Source: Phaeosaccion multiseriatum (Eukaryota > Protista > Ochrophyta, other classes). Taken from it: a DNA stretch of 64,000 nucleotides. Under the pieces are notes generated by a model, which worked only from the letters and a program-made list of their open reading frames with translations, was not told the origin of the DNA and ran no database searches. Shown one piece after another: positions 63,773 to 64,000 of this stretch (the stretch's first letter is position 1; every line of letters starts with the position of its first letter). The position numbers and the translations under genes are program-made. The stretch lies in assembly GCA_965112735.1 (NCBI GenBank), contig OZ218955.1, forward strand, positions 3,100,001 through 3,164,000, in the 5' to 3' direction.

Positions 63773-64000
63773 CTGCAGCAGTTGGTGATACAGAGGAGGA
63801 GGGAAAGGAGTAGGGCATGAGAATCACATTCCTAGAACACACACCCTCTCACACTGCCCTCAAGACACACCAACTGCACACCCACTCACTCACCCACTCA
63901 CTCACCCACCCACCCACCCAACAATACCCACTCCTTCCCTCCTTCCCTCCCTCCTTCCCTCCCTCCCTCCCCTCCTTCCCTTCCTCTCCTTCCCTCTCTC

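Overview
This is eukaryotic, GC-rich, intron- and microsatellite-rich nuclear DNA. A stramenopile/ochrophyte-type alga is the likely source (inferred from the EsV-1-7 repeat gene and overall style; not provable here). Intron-containing genes: an MHYT-domain membrane protein, a PHOSPHO1/2-like HAD phosphatase, RIC1 (about 14 kb), an EsV-1-7 repeat protein, a secreted histidine acid phosphatase (MINPP1/phytase-like), a GCK/Mia40-like twin-CX9C protein, KIN17 and the 3' end of a PDZ-domain gene. Among them lies a second class of intronless repeat-protein genes: one FNIP-repeat gene and six ankyrin-repeat + BTB-like paralogues. Four of the six form a ~3.5-kb-unit tandem array and two form a large inverted repeat, and their differences concentrate on the ankyrin binding surface. 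TE debris includes a Copia RNase H fragment closed by two hairpins, small TIR/MITE-like ends and a PHD remnant. Two signals stand out. (i) The 12-mer GTATCACCAACT occurs as 14 exact copies plus variants in exons and introns of nearly every host gene but is absent from the ANK-BTB/FNIP CDSs. (ii) The ANK-BTB family looks like a hypervariable, mosaic repertoire. Exon boundaries were read by eye and are approximate.
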